Origin: Eledone cirrhosa
Lineage: Eukaryota
DNA: 64,000 nt
Reading direction: 5' to 3'
Assembly (NCBI GenBank): GCA_964016885.1
Contig: OZ024743.1
Coordinates: forward strand, 119,040,001-119,104,000
A model generated the notes under the pieces. That model was given only the letters and a program-made list of their open reading frames with translations, was not told where the DNA came from and did not search any database. Every line of letters begins with the position of its first letter. The stretch's first letter is position 1. The position numbers were made by a program, and so were the translations under genes. Positions 18,330 to 34,144 of this stretch are shown here, one piece after another.

Positions 18330-18970
18330 CCGTGTCAAAATCGATACGAGTCCTGGGCAAAGACATGAGCGATGATGCATCTTTTTCTTCACACATCATG
18401 AAAGTGGCGACAATGTGCAGACGACTCGCTGGCTGGATCTTGAGGACTTTCCGGACAAGAGATCGAGACACCATGTTGACACTGTGGAGGACTTTTGTCC
18501 TAAGCCGCCTGGACTACTGCTCCCAGTTGTGGTCACCCCATAGTGTCAAACTAACCACGGAGCTTGAGGCAATCCAGCGAAGCTACACCAAGAGGATTGC
18601 CAAGATGAGGGAGACAAGCTACTGGGAGAGGCTGAAGGAACTGAACCTCTACTCCTTGGAGCGAAGACGGGAGAGATACGCAGTGATCTACATGTGGAAA
18701 ATCCTGGAGGGACTAGCACAAAACTTTGGCATTGGGAGCTGGACTAACCGTCGAACAGGACGTCACTGTGTGGTGCCAAAGGTCCCGTCTTCCACATCTA
18801 GAATAAGGAGCAGGTATTGCAATAGCCTGGGATTCAAGGGCCCTCAATTCTTCAACAGGCTGCCGAGGCATCTGAGAGACTTGCATGACGTGGAGGTGGA
18901 TGTCTTTAAGAAACATCTCGACACCTTGTTATCCAGGATCCCCGATGAGCCCACAGCAAGACACGAGGGA
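18330..18970 (+). mobile_element. CR1-like LINE RT C-terminal region, open frame running into the gap
   Basis: GWILRTF, SRLDYCSQLWSPH, LEAIQRSYTK, YWERLKELNLYSLERRRERY, KGPQFFNRLP, FKKHLD...PDEP. Confidence 0.88.
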
Positions 18971-19170
18971 NNNNNNNNNNNNNNNNNNNNNNNNNNNNNN
19001 NNNNNNNNNNNNNNNNNNNNNNNNNNNNNNNNNNNNNNNNNNNNNNNNNNNNNNNNNNNNNNNNNNNNNNNNNNNNNNNNNNNNNNNNNNNNNNNNNNNN
19101 NNNNNNNNNNNNNNNNNNNNNNNNNNNNNNNNNNNNNNNNNNNNNNNNNNNNNNNNNNNNNNNNNNNNNN
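18971..19170. other. Assembly gap (200 N)
   Basis: Run of N. Confidence 1.
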
Positions 19171-19310
19171 ATATATATACATAGATTATATACATATATA
19201 TATATATATACATTATATATATACATTATATATATACATTATATATATACATTATATATATACATTATATATATACATTATATATATACATTATATATAT
19301 ACATATATAT

Positions 19311-19354
<44 letters not shown>

Positions 19355-19496
19355 TCTATATCTATATATATACATATATCTATATACATATATATATGTA
19401 TAGATATATCTATATACATATATATATGTATACATATATCTATATACATATATATAATATTCATATATCTATATACATATATATACATATATAATT

Positions 19497-19818
19497 TTTT
19501 TACGTCCGCTTTTCCCTGCTTGCAAGGGTGGGATGGGAACTGATTCTGGCTTTATTTCTACAGCTGGATGCCCTTCCTAACACCAACCTCATTTACAGTG
19601 AGTGCTGGGTGATTTTTTGCCGTGGAACATCAACGACCACTTTGCAGTGGAATGATAGGGACTCCAGTCCCTATCATCTCATTTCTACAGCTGAGTAAAC
19701 TGGAGCAATGTGAAATAAAGTGTCTTGCTCAAGGAAACAACACATTACCCTGTCTGAGAATTGAACTCACAACCTTTCGATTGCAAGGCCAATGCTCTAA
19801 CCACTAAGCCATGTGCCT
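19497..19818 (-). mobile_element. Near full-length tRNA-derived CORE-SINE
   Basis: Minus strand reads A-box TGGCTTAGTGG, B-box GAGTTCAATTC, CORE-like TTCCTTGAGCAAGACACTT, then a tail AGGAAGGGCATCCAGCTGTAGAAA...GGACGTAAA. Confidence 0.8.
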
Positions 19819-19819
19819 C

Positions 19820-20702
19820 CATACATATATGTACATATATCTATATACATATATATATATATATATATAGATATATCTATATACATATATATATACATAT
19901 ATATATACATATATCTATATACATATACATATATCTATATACATATATATATACATATATCTATATACATATATATATACATATATCTATATACATATAT
20001 ATATATATATATACATATATCTATATACATATACATATATCTGTATACATATATATACATACATATATATATATATATACATATATATATACATATATAT
20101 ACATACATATATATATACATATATATACATACATATATATATACATACATATATATATACATATATATACATACATATATATATACATATATATATACAT
20201 ATATATACATATACATATATATATACATATATATACACATATATATACATATACATATATATATACATATATATACATATATACATATATATACATATAT
20301 ATACATACATATATATATACATATATATACATACATATATATATACATATATATATATACATATATGTATATCTATATATATACATATATCTATATACAT
20401 CTACATATATACATATAACTATACATATATATATACATATGTATATACACACATATATATATATAGATACATACATATATATACATATATATAGATATAT
20501 ATACATATATATATACATATATATATACATATATATATACATATACATATATATATACATATATATATATACATATACATATATATACATATATATACAT
20601 ATATATACATACATATACATATATATACATATATATACATATATATATATATATACTAAAATATACATATATATATATACATATATATATACATATATAT
20701 AC

Positions 20703-20737
<35 letters not shown>

Positions 20738-20994
20738 CATATATATACATATATATATATATACATATATATACATATATATATACATATATATACATAT
20801 ATATATATACATACATATATATATATATATATACATACATATATATATATATACATATATATACATATATATATATACATACATATATATATATATACAT
20901 ATATATACATATATATATACATATATATACACATATATATACACATATATATACATATATATATATATATATACATATATATACATATATATAC

Positions 20995-21025
<31 letters not shown>

Positions 21026-21591
21026 AATATATATACATATATATATATACATATATATATACATATAAATATATATACATATATATATACATATATATAC
21101 ATATATATATACATATACATACACATATATATATACATATATATACACATATATATACACATATATATACATATATATATATACATATATATACACATAT
21201 ATATATACATATATATACACATATATATACACATATATATACATATATATACACATATATATATACATACATATAAATATATATATACATATTTATACAT
21301 ATATATATATACATATATATACATATATAGACATATATAGACATATATATAGACATATATATACATATATATATATATATATACATATATCTACATATAT
21401 ATATATACACATATATCTACATATATATATATACATACATATATATATATACATACATATATATATATACATACATATATATATATATATATACATACAT
21501 ATACATATATATACATATATAGACATATATAGACATATATATACATATATATATATATATTACATATATCTACATATATATATATACATAC

Positions 21592-21626
<35 letters not shown>

Positions 21627-22737
21627 CATACATATACATAATAATACATATATAGACATATATAGACATATATATACATATATATACATATATATATACA
21701 TACATATATATACATACCACATACATATATATACATACATATACATATATATACATATACATACATATACATACATATACATATATATACATATACATAC
21801 ATATACATATACATATATATACATAAACATATATATACATATACATATATATACATACATATACATATATACATATATATACATACATATACATATGTAT
21901 ATATACATACATATACATATATATACATACATATACATATATACATATATATACATATATATACATACATATACATATATATGTATACATATATATACAT
22001 ATATATACATATACATATATATATATATACATATACATATACATATATATATATACATATATATACATACATACATATATATACATATATATATATACAT
22101 ATATATATATACATATATATATATACATATATATATATACATATATATATATACATATATATATATACATATATATATATACATATATATATATACATAT
22201 ATATACATATATATATATACGTATATATACATATATATATATACATATATATACATATATATATATACATATATATACATATATATACATACATATATAT
22301 ACATATATATACATATATATATACATATATATATATATACATATATAGACATATATATATATACATATATATATATACATATATAGACATATATATATAT
22401 ACATATATATATATACATATATAGACATATATATATACGTATATATATACATATATATACATACATATATATATATACATATATATACATATATATAAAC
22501 ATATATATATACATATATTTACACATATATACATATATATATACATATATAAACATATATATATACATATATTTACACATATATACATATATATATACAT
22601 ATATTTACACATATATACATATATATATATATACATATATATACACATATATATATACGTATATATACACATATATATACATATATATACACATATATAT
22701 GTATATATATATATATACAAATATATACAAATATATA

Positions 22738-22768
<31 letters not shown>

Positions 22769-22788
22769 AAATATACATATATATATAC

Positions 22789-22823
<35 letters not shown>

Positions 22824-22896
22824 CATATATATATACATACATATATATATACATATATATATATACATATATATATATATACATATATATATATAC

Positions 22897-22943
<47 letters not shown>

Positions 22944-22958
22944 CATATATATATATAC

Positions 22959-23043
<85 letters not shown>

Positions 23044-23150
23044 CATATATATATACATATATATATATACACATATATATATATACACATATATATATAT
23101 ATACACATATATATATATACACATATATATATATACACATATATATATAT

Positions 23151-23213
<63 letters not shown>

Positions 23214-23478
23214 TATACATATATATATACATATATATACACATATATATACATATATATACACATATATATACATATATATACACATATATATACATAT
23301 ATACACATATAAACACATATATATACATATATATACACATATATACACATATATATAGATATATATATATATACATATATATACACATATATATACATAT
23401 ATATACACATACAAACACATATATATACATATATATACACATACATACATATATATATATATATACATATATATACAC

Positions 23479-23511
<33 letters not shown>

Positions 23512-23880
23512 CAGTACTGTATGTGTGTATTAATTTTATATTATATATATATACATATATATACATATATATATACATATATATATATATATACATATAT
23601 ATACATATATATATATATACATACATATATATATATACATATATATACATATATATATATATACATACATATACATACATATATATATATATATACATAT
23701 ATATACACATATACATACATATATATATACATATACATATATATACACATATACATACATATATATATACATATATATACACATATATATACATATATAC
23801 ACACATATATATACATATATACACATATATATACATATATATATATACATATATATATATACATATATACATATATATAC

Positions 23881-23955
<75 letters not shown>

Positions 23956-24158
23956 CAGATATATATACATACATATATACATATATATATATATACAGAT
24001 ATATATACATACATATATACATATATATATATATACAGATATATATACATATATATACATATATACATATATATATATACATATATATATATACATATAT
24101 ATATATATACATATATATATATACATATATATATATACATATATATATACATATATAC

Positions 24159-24203
<45 letters not shown>

Positions 24204-24352
24204 CATATATATACCTATATATATACATATATATACCTATATATATACATATATATACCTATATATATATATATACATACACATATATACATATATGTAT
24301 ATATACATATATAAATATATATATTTAAACACATATATCTATATATATACAC

Positions 24353-24384
<32 letters not shown>

Positions 24385-24459
24385 GATGATTTCTAATGAA
24401 TGAAACAGTTCTAGTCCTGTAGAATCTCATCTATATTAAAACTGTTATACTCTGCTATA

Positions 24460-24494
<35 letters not shown>

Positions 24495-24495
24495 C

Positions 24496-24526
<31 letters not shown>

Positions 24527-24828
24527 CTATACATAAATATATATATATATATATACATATATACATATATATATATATCTATACATAAAGATATACATAT
24601 ATATCTATACATATATATCTATATATATATATATATATATATACATATATATACATGTATATCTATACATATATATATATATATACATATATATAAATGT
24701 ATATCTATACATATATATCTATATACATATATATGCATGTATATCTATACATATATATATATATATACATATATATAAATGTATATCTATACATATATAT
24801 CTATATACATATATATGCATGTATATCT

Positions 24829-24872
<44 letters not shown>

Positions 24873-24950
24873 GTATATCTATACATATATATATATATAT
24901 ATATATATCTATACATATATATCTATATACATATATATGCATGTATATCT

Positions 24951-24994
<44 letters not shown>

Positions 24995-25002
24995 GTATAT
25001 CT

Positions 25003-25041
<39 letters not shown>

Positions 25042-25102
25042 TATACATATATGTACATATATATATATATATATATACATATATATCTATACATGTATAT
25101 CT

Positions 25103-25145
<43 letters not shown>

Positions 25146-25168
25146 TATCTATACATGTATATCTATAC

Positions 25169-25217
<49 letters not shown>

Positions 25218-25424
25218 TATACATATATATATACATATATATACATATATATATCTATATATACATATATATACATATATATATCTATACGTATATATAT
25301 ATATATATATACATATATATACATACATATATATATATACATATATATACATATATATACATACATATATATATACATATATATATATACATATATATAT
25401 AAATACATATATATATATATATAT

Positions 25425-25456
<32 letters not shown>

Positions 25457-25460
25457 ACAT

Positions 25461-25492
<32 letters not shown>

Positions 25493-25573
25493 ACATATAT
25501 ATATAAATACATATATATATATACATATATATATACATATATATATATATACATACATATATATATACATACA

Positions 25574-25660
<87 letters not shown>

Positions 25661-25755
25661 ACATACATATATATATATACATACATATATATATATACAT
25701 ACATATATATATACATACATATATATATATACATACATATATATATATACATACA

Positions 25756-25842
<87 letters not shown>

Positions 25843-25894
25843 ACATATATATATATACATATATATATACATATATATACATATATATATATAT

Positions 25895-25933
<39 letters not shown>

Positions 25934-26026
25934 CATACATATATACATACATATATATATATATACATATATATATATACATACATACATATATACATAC
26001 ATATATATATATACATATATATATAC

Positions 26027-26057
<31 letters not shown>

Positions 26058-26393
26058 CATATATATATATACATATATATATATACATATATATATACAT
26101 ACATACATATATATACATATATATATACATACATACATATATATACATATATATATACCTATATATATATACATACATATATATATACATATATATATAC
26201 ATATATATATACATACATATATATATATACATATATATATATACATATATATATATACATACATATATATATATATATACATATATATACATACATATAT
26301 ATATATCATATATATACATACATATATATATATACATATATATACATACATATATATATATACATATATATACATACATATATATATATATAT

Positions 26394-26456
<63 letters not shown>

Positions 26457-26479
26457 CATACATACATATATATATATAT

Positions 26480-26542
<63 letters not shown>

Positions 26543-26602
26543 CATACATATATACATACATTTATATATATATATATATATATATATACATACATATATA
26601 CA

Positions 26603-26638
<36 letters not shown>

Positions 26639-26647
26639 CATATATAT

Positions 26648-26686
<39 letters not shown>

Positions 26687-26702
26687 CATATATACATACA
26701 TT

Positions 26703-26738
<36 letters not shown>

Positions 26739-26823
26739 CATATATACATACATATATATATATATACATACATATATATATATATACATACATATATACC
26801 CGCATTTCCATTTCATAAACTTC

Positions 26824-26863
<40 letters not shown>
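19820..26863. repeat. About 7-kb (TA)n/(ATAC) compound microsatellite
   Basis: atatatac units; the source of the long YI/HI pseudo-ORFs. Confidence 0.95.
24384..24457 (+). mobile_element. Family C mini-element arm with near-complete hammerhead core
   Basis: (TA)n|TGATGA-tTTC-taat-GAAt-GAAA-CAGT-TC^TAG. The first C of CUGA and stem I are missing at the (TA)n junction. Confidence 0.6.
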
Positions 26864-27712
26864 TCTTAGTCTTAGTCTTTGTTCCTCCAGTCCCCTGTGA
26901 AACATTGGGCGAGAGCTCCCTCCACTTGTTCTTGTCACTGGCGGCCCTTCTAGCACCTCTCCATGTAATTTCCATCTCCTGCAGGTCCTTCCTGAATGTG
27001 GTCCGCCATGTTTTTCGTGGTCTTCCCCGTTCTCTCCTGCCACCCTCTGGTACCCAATCCATGGCAATATGAGCAGGTCGATATGCGAGCAAACGAAGGA
27101 TGTGGCCCGCGAACCGCCGTCTCCTTTTCCGGACAATGTCCCTTAACCTCTCCAATCTTGACCTCCTCGTGTCTTCCTCGTTGCTAACTTGGTCTCTCCA
27201 TGAAATTTCCAATATGGTCCGAATGCAACGACGGTGGAATACATCAAGCTTGTTACATACACTCTACGTACTCTTCCATGCCTCACAGGCTTATATCGCT
27301 GTTGGTACTACAATAGACATGTGAACACGGAATTTCACGGCGATGGAACACCTGGACCATACCGCACGGAGTCGCTGGAAGACCGCCGCTGCATTTCCCA
27401 GCCTTGTGCGCACATCCACCTCTGCATCCCCATCGTCAGAGATGTTGCTGCCATGGTATTGGAAGTGATCTTACACATTCAATGTTACGCTGACCAACCA
27501 TGATGGGAGGATTTGGAGGGTCACCTGTCGACCATGGTCTTGATTTTTTCACACAACTGATGCGCAGGCCAACTTTCTCTGCATTGTCATTTAGAACGTT
27601 TGTCATCTCTTGCAGGTCTTCTCGAGAATGGCCTATCAATGCGATATCATCGGCAAAGTCCAGGTCGCTTAATCTCGTTCCATCCCAACTGATGCAAAAC
27701 GAGGGTCACTCA
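26864..27712 (-). mobile_element. 5'-truncated RTE-clade LINE with (ACTAAG)n tail
   Basis: LSDLDFADDIAL (FADD 27646-27657), [30 protein letters not shown]. Tail tcttagtcttagtc on the plus strand at 26864. Confidence 0.9.
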
Positions 27713-27740
27713 TTGTCTTCTTCATATATATATATATATA

Positions 27741-27853
27741 TAGGAACGAGTAGGACCCCGACGGCTGAGCTCAAGCCGTTTCGACGGCTAATTCTGAACT
27801 AAAATCGTTGGTGAGTTATGGTCCACTTGGTTCCTTACCACATTTCCTCCGTT
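27741..27853 (+). mobile_element. Family A mini-element (inverted arm plus tail, second arm missing)
   Basis: taggaacgagtaggaccccgacggctgagctcaagccgtttcgacggcta...ttccttaccacatttcctccgt in (TA)n. Confidence 0.8.
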
Positions 27854-28568
27854 ATATATATATACATATACATACATATATATATATATATATATACATA
27901 CATACATACATACATACACGTAGACGTACGTATATATATGCATACATGCGTATATGTATGTATCCATACATATATATATACATACATATATATATGTATA
28001 CATACATATATATATGTATACATACATATATGTATGTATCCATACCTATATATATACATACATATATATATGTATACATACATATATGTATACATACATA
28101 TATGTACACATGGTGGCTGCCACTCGTTTTCGAGTACGGCCACCACTTTATATCCATGTAGGAGAACCCCTACCGATGCGCTGAACGAGTGTGACTTTTT
28201 AGTCCAGCCAGCGACTTGAAATCTCTGGTACAAACACTACACTTGTGACAATTATTGACACATATTCATGTCAGCCCTGTTATGAATATGTTATGAATAT
28301 GTTATGAATATGTGACGACATATATACATACATATACATAAATATATATACATTATATATATATACACATATATACACACATATAAATATATATATACTT
28401 ATAAATTTACATATGTATATATATATTATATATACAAATATGTAAATTTACATACACATAAATGTTTATATATATATACATTATATATATATACATTATA
28501 TATATATAAAAGAGTATATATATACATATAAATTTACATTACACATAAATGTTTATATATATATACAT

Positions 28569-28604
<36 letters not shown>

Positions 28605-28674
28605 CATTATATATATATATATACATTATGTATATATATATATACATTATATATATATATATATATATATAATG

Positions 28675-28713
<39 letters not shown>

Positions 28714-29157
28714 GAATATATATATATATATAAATAAATATATATATATATGAATATATATATATATATTATATATATATATATTATATATATATAAATA
28801 AATATATATATATTATGAATATATATATATTATATATATATATATATATATGAATATATATATAATGAATATATATATATATAATGAATAAATGTATATA
28901 TAAGATATATATATATATATAATGAATATATATATATTATATATAATGAATATATATATATATATAATGAATATATATATATATATATATAATGAATATA
29001 TATATATATATATGAATATATATATATGTATAAATATACATCTATACACAATTATGTATATATACTCAAATATATATGTATATGCACACACATCTATATA
29101 TATACGTATAATGAACATATATATATATAAATCTGAACAAATGTATATACACATTTA

Positions 29158-29263
<106 letters not shown>

Positions 29264-29526
29264 GAGAGAGAGAGAGAGAGAGATCGGTAGATAGATAGAC
29301 ATCACTATAAAATGTATTAGCTATATATATTTTAATTATTATTTATATCCGTAAATCTTACTTATATGGGTCTAGTATGTATGTGTGTACATGAAATAGA
29401 GAGCCTTGTTGTAAACAGGGTTTACTGTAGCTGTGTAATATATGAGAGACGTATAAGTAAAGGTAGAAGTGGCACATAACAGCGCTGACATGAGTAATTA
29501 GTAATATATGTCTATATATCTAGCTA

Positions 29527-29603
<77 letters not shown>

Positions 29604-29605
<2 letters not shown>

Positions 29606-29795
29606 AGGGGGTGTAACTTGGAGTTACTGCAGGTTCACCCGGGAGAGCACTCGATGTTTAGGTTCACTTCTGTGATGAGGTGTAGAGCTATAGAGTGTAA
29701 TATATTGAAAGGATAACAAGGACGATTGATTACTCCTTCATTGCATTTATTGTTAGGTGACGCGCGTTTCGCCACTGATCAGCTCAAGGTTCGAT
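29604..29795 (-). mobile_element. (TA)n-anchored pLTR-like element with hammerhead 3' half
   Basis: Minus strand: tcgaaccttgagctgatcagtggc-GAAACGCGCGTC^ (29770-29759), AATAAA (29751-29746), TCGAGTGCT (about 29653-29646), then about 42 nt to (TA)n. Confidence 0.7.
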
Positions 29796-29835
29796 ATATG
29801 TTTGAGTGTGTGTGTATGTGCGTATATATGTATGT

Positions 29836-29894
29836 GAAAAATTCGGGTCCCCGACGGTTGAGCTCCGGCCGTTTCAACAACTAGATACCAACTA
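29836..29894. mobile_element. Family A variant (B) arm fragment
   Basis: gggtccccgacggttgagctccggccgtttcaacaactagatacc; matches 36673 and 61395-61455. Confidence 0.6.
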
Positions 29895-29956
29895 TCTTTC
29901 TATCTACATATACATAGAACTAACTATCTAATCTATATCTCGATATAAATAAATAT

Positions 29957-30000
<44 letters not shown>

Positions 30001-30160
30001 CATATATGTGTAGATACATATATCATACCTTACCTTCAGCAGTGTATTAAGATCCTTTGTACAAAATAATCGAAACATACACACAAATATCTATCTATCT
30101 ATCTATCTATCTATTTATACACACACACACACACTCATATATATATATATATATATATAT

Positions 30161-30349
30161 ACGATATTAAATAAATGGAAACTATATTTATAAAACCATA
30201 TTTATTTCATTATATATATTTCAGGGATATCATATTAACAATATGCTATGCCTTCCTCAGACAAAATACAATATATACTTGTCGAGTGCTTTTATATCAG
30301 TTATTAATATTTACTTGTTGTAACCCAACAATTTAAATATAACTTTCCA
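30161..30349. mobile_element. (TA)n-flanked bipartite mini-element (inverted hammerhead segment plus tail)
   Basis: Hammerhead on the minus strand at 30205-30266. TCGAGTGCT on the plus strand at 30282-30290. Tail resembles 32601-32675. Confidence 0.7.
30205..30266 (-). ncRNA. Type I hammerhead ribozyme
   Basis: Minus strand: TTTTGT, CTGAGGA (30260-30254), AGGCATAGCATATT-gtt-AATATGATATCCCT (14 bp, 2 mismatches), GAAA (30222-30219), TATATA-TA^, ATGAAA (stem I with two G:U pairs), overlapping AATAAA. Confidence 0.75.
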
Positions 30350-30501
30350 TATATATATATATATATATATATTTATATGCATATATACATAAATATATGT
30401 GCATATACACATACATATATAGATACATATATATATATATATGCATACATACACATACATACATATATACACATACATACATACATACATATATATACAT
30501 A

Positions 30502-30790
30502 TCATCATCTTCATCATCATCGTTTAACGTCCATCTTTCACGTTTGCATGGGTTTGGACGGGAATTTTCCCACTTGAGGCAAGATTGCTTGTCTTGCTCG
30601 TAGAGGACTGTCTGGCGGGTTTTCTACTGCTGGATGCCCTTCCTAACACCAACCACGTTTACAGTGTGGACTGGAAGGTTTTTACCGTGTTACCTACACG
30701 GCCACATTACAGCGTGAACTGTTTTTTTTTTTGTCGTGACACCTACACGACCTCATTTATTTCGGACTGGATGTTGTGGCACCAACATAA
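30502..30790 (-). mobile_element. SINE/RTE-tail family copy with (GAT)n tail
   Basis: catcatcgtttaacgtcc...ggatgcccttcctaacaccaacc; matches 37985 and 38899. Confidence 0.7.
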
Positions 30791-30926
30791 CTTTACATCG
30801 AAAGAGGTGGTGTGGATGGGGTGGGGGTAGTGGGACGGGTGTGTATTTTTTTTTTAACATATATATATACACACAAGCATATATATACATATATACACAA
30901 GCATATATATACATATATACACAAGC

Positions 30927-30957
<31 letters not shown>

Positions 30958-31194
30958 CATACATCTGTGTATATATATATATACGTCTATGTACATACGT
31001 GCATATATTTATCCATATACATATGTATATATATATACATGCAAACATCTATATATCTATACACATACATCTGTATATATACATACATCTATGAATATAC
31101 ATGCATATATATCCATATACATATATAATATTTACATACACGTGTATATATATATATATATATATATGCAGATGATAGTTATCTGAATATCATC

Positions 31195-32150
31195 TCAATC
31201 TCTCCACCAAATTTAGACCCTTGTATGAGCTGAGAGGTGATTTTTTCAATCCAGCAACTGATTTATAATGTCTTTGGGACAATTAACAGATGTATGTCAG
31301 TGTATGTATTGGGTTTTGCTGGATGAGGGTGTGGAGCTTCATCTTGATGAATCTTCATATGGCGTCTTAACCCAAGGGTTGTCTTACATATCTTGCTACA
31401 AATTTGATAAGCTGTCTCAACTGGAGGTACAATTTGCAACAACGTACCTGCGCTATTGTCAGTCCTTCTGATTTCATATTGCTTTCAAAACCAACTTCAG
31501 AGAGGAGGACACAATGCCAGAAATTGCAATTCCAATATTCAAGACATTCAAGCTTTGCCGACTCACCCTTTTTAATGCCCGATTTAGCTCACACTGTGCT
31601 TGAGTTCTGTGCTCAAAAATGTATTTCTGCCTCTAAACTCTGGTACCCTGACAGAATACTACCTAGATACATAAAAAAAAAACCTCTTTCTAGTCTCATT
31701 CACATATATATTTAGCACAACATAAAGTTCTCCAGATGCTGGTGTGTACAACACACTGAGCTCTGTGAGCCCAGAAAGAACATAGGTTACAGAAAATGCA
31801 TCCATCGTGTACTGCAGGTCTGATGCTGAGTGTGCAACACAGTTCGCATCATCGGCATGCAACATTTCTCGAATTATCACACTGAATGTCACAGATTTAT
31901 TAAGACATTTAAATTAAAGAATTGTTCAGATGTGCAGAGCCGCAGGTTTGTGCCAGTATTACAAATGTGGAAAAATTAGCAAGGTAGAAGGCAAGGTATA
32001 TTGCAAATAATGTTGGAGCAGGAAATTCATCTTGCTTAACATTGCTGTCCACAAGTAATTGATCAGAGAGTTTTCAATTAAATTCAACCTTTGATTTCAT
32101 AGCTCAATATTGTTGTTTGAAGATCTGCAAAAAATAGTGTGGAATTCACT
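31195..32150 (-). mobile_element. Decayed RTE/BovB-like LINE RT fragment
   Basis: VKQ...APTLFAIY, IREMLHADDANCVAHSASDLQ, YLGSILS; many stops and frameshifts. Confidence 0.75.
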
Positions 32151-32196
32151 ATGAATGATCCATATGCACTCACGCACTTGTGTGTGTGTGTGCGTA

Positions 32197-32273
<77 letters not shown>

Positions 32274-32274
32274 A

Positions 32275-32461
32275 AATGTCGGGGGTTCGATTCCTGGACT
32301 GGGTGTTGTGTTTAGCTGAAAAGGCGTACCAGGAATAGTTGGGGAGTTTAACCCTGCGATGAACTGGCGTCCTGTCCAGAATGATTCGTACTCTCAGTCC
32401 CTACACGCTACGGAAAGATGGATAAACACCGGTCTTATAAGCCTGTCGGCTCAAGACAGAC
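32275..32461 (+). mobile_element. tRNA-derived SINE with Nin-type domain
   Basis: B-box GGTTCGATTCC followed by AACCCTGCGATGAACTGGCGTCCTGTCCAG...CACGCTACGGAAA, resembling the Nin domain as recalled. Confidence 0.6.
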
Positions 32462-32462
32462 G

Positions 32463-32495
<33 letters not shown>

Positions 32496-32517
32496 TATAT
32501 AAATATATATATCTATC

Positions 32518-32675
32518 ATGTTTAATATTTAAAAAATGGCTTCTACAATACTAGAACATTTTCATTCAAAAAAATTCATTCATATCTATATATATAATTT
32601 GTTGAGTGCTCTGAATCAGTTATAAACATTTATATTTGTTGTTGAATTACCAACAAATTGAGAATCCCTTATGCT
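32518..32675. mobile_element. Diverged family C bipartite element
   Basis: Inverted arm (ttctacaatactagaacattttcattc) plus plus-strand tail with TTGAGTGCT at 32602, in (TA)n. Confidence 0.55.
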
Positions 32676-32708
<33 letters not shown>

Positions 32709-33024
32709 CTGTGTGTACTCACACATTACATATAGATATGTTATAAATATACATACTTACATATATAGATATATATATACATACATACATATATAGATAT
32801 ATATATATATACATACATACATACATATATATATATACATACATACATACATATATATATATACATACATACATTCATATATATATATACATACATACAT
32901 TCATATATATATATACATACATACATTCATATATATATATACATACATACATTCATATATATATATACATACATACATTCATATATATATATACATACAT
33001 ACATTCATATATATATATACATAC

Positions 33025-33063
<39 letters not shown>

Positions 33064-33136
33064 CATACATATATATACATACATACATATATATACATAC
33101 ATACATATATATACATACATACATATATATACATAC

Positions 33137-33170
<34 letters not shown>

Positions 33171-33824
33171 ATACATATATATATATACATACTTACATAT
33201 ATATATATATATATATATATACTTACATATATATATATATACATACTTACATATATATATATATATACATACTTACATATATATATATACATACTTACAT
33301 ATATATATACATACTTACATATATATATATATACATACTTACATATACACACACACACACACACTATATGCAAATGTCTGTTCCCACCGGATGTTTTCTG
33401 TTTACCATATACAAATGATCACAAAATTCTTTTGAGGTATAATCTATTTCAGGACAGTAATGTTTGATTAACAAATCTTGAAATAGCACTGTCTTATATT
33501 CTCAGAAGTCACTATCAACTCTCCGTTATATTCACAGAGGAAAATAAAGAAAAAATATTTGTAATTTTTGTATACGAACGTATTGCATAGATTTATATGT
33601 TTCCATGAACATTTCTATTACGCTTAAATGCTGTCTTAGTGCTATCACCGATTAACTGTATATATATATATATATATATTTGTGTAAATGAAGTAATTCC
33701 ATCGGAAAAGTCCAGGAAAAAAGAGTGCTCTATGTAGGCAACAGAGCTTAATTATTGTTATGTAATAAACAACATAAGGCAATTATTCCATTTACCAGTG
33801 GTTTCTTAAAAGCAAAGGGTTTTG

Positions 33825-33859
<35 letters not shown>

Positions 33860-33862
<3 letters not shown>

Positions 33863-34101
33863 TATTATATATATATACATTATTATATATATATGCATTA
33901 TTATATAGAAAGAGATACAAACACACATTTATATATATATTTATTATTTCATATATTTATATATATATATGCATATAATATATACGAACGTATTGCATAG
34001 ACTTATATGTATATGGGGTAGAAGAATACTGCATGGTTGCACATGGATAACATGTTATAAAATGAGTCCCTCATCAGTGATTTGCCAACGATCATTGGTA
34101 T

Positions 34102-34144
<43 letters not shown>

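Noticed and set aside
18844-19318. ORFs spanning the N run
   Set aside because: Artefacts of the assembly gap.
19761-26900. Very long ORFs (up to 870 aa) rich in Y/I/H/T/C/V/M
   Set aside because: Translations of (TA)n/(ATAC)n microsatellite that happen to lack stops; no coding signal.
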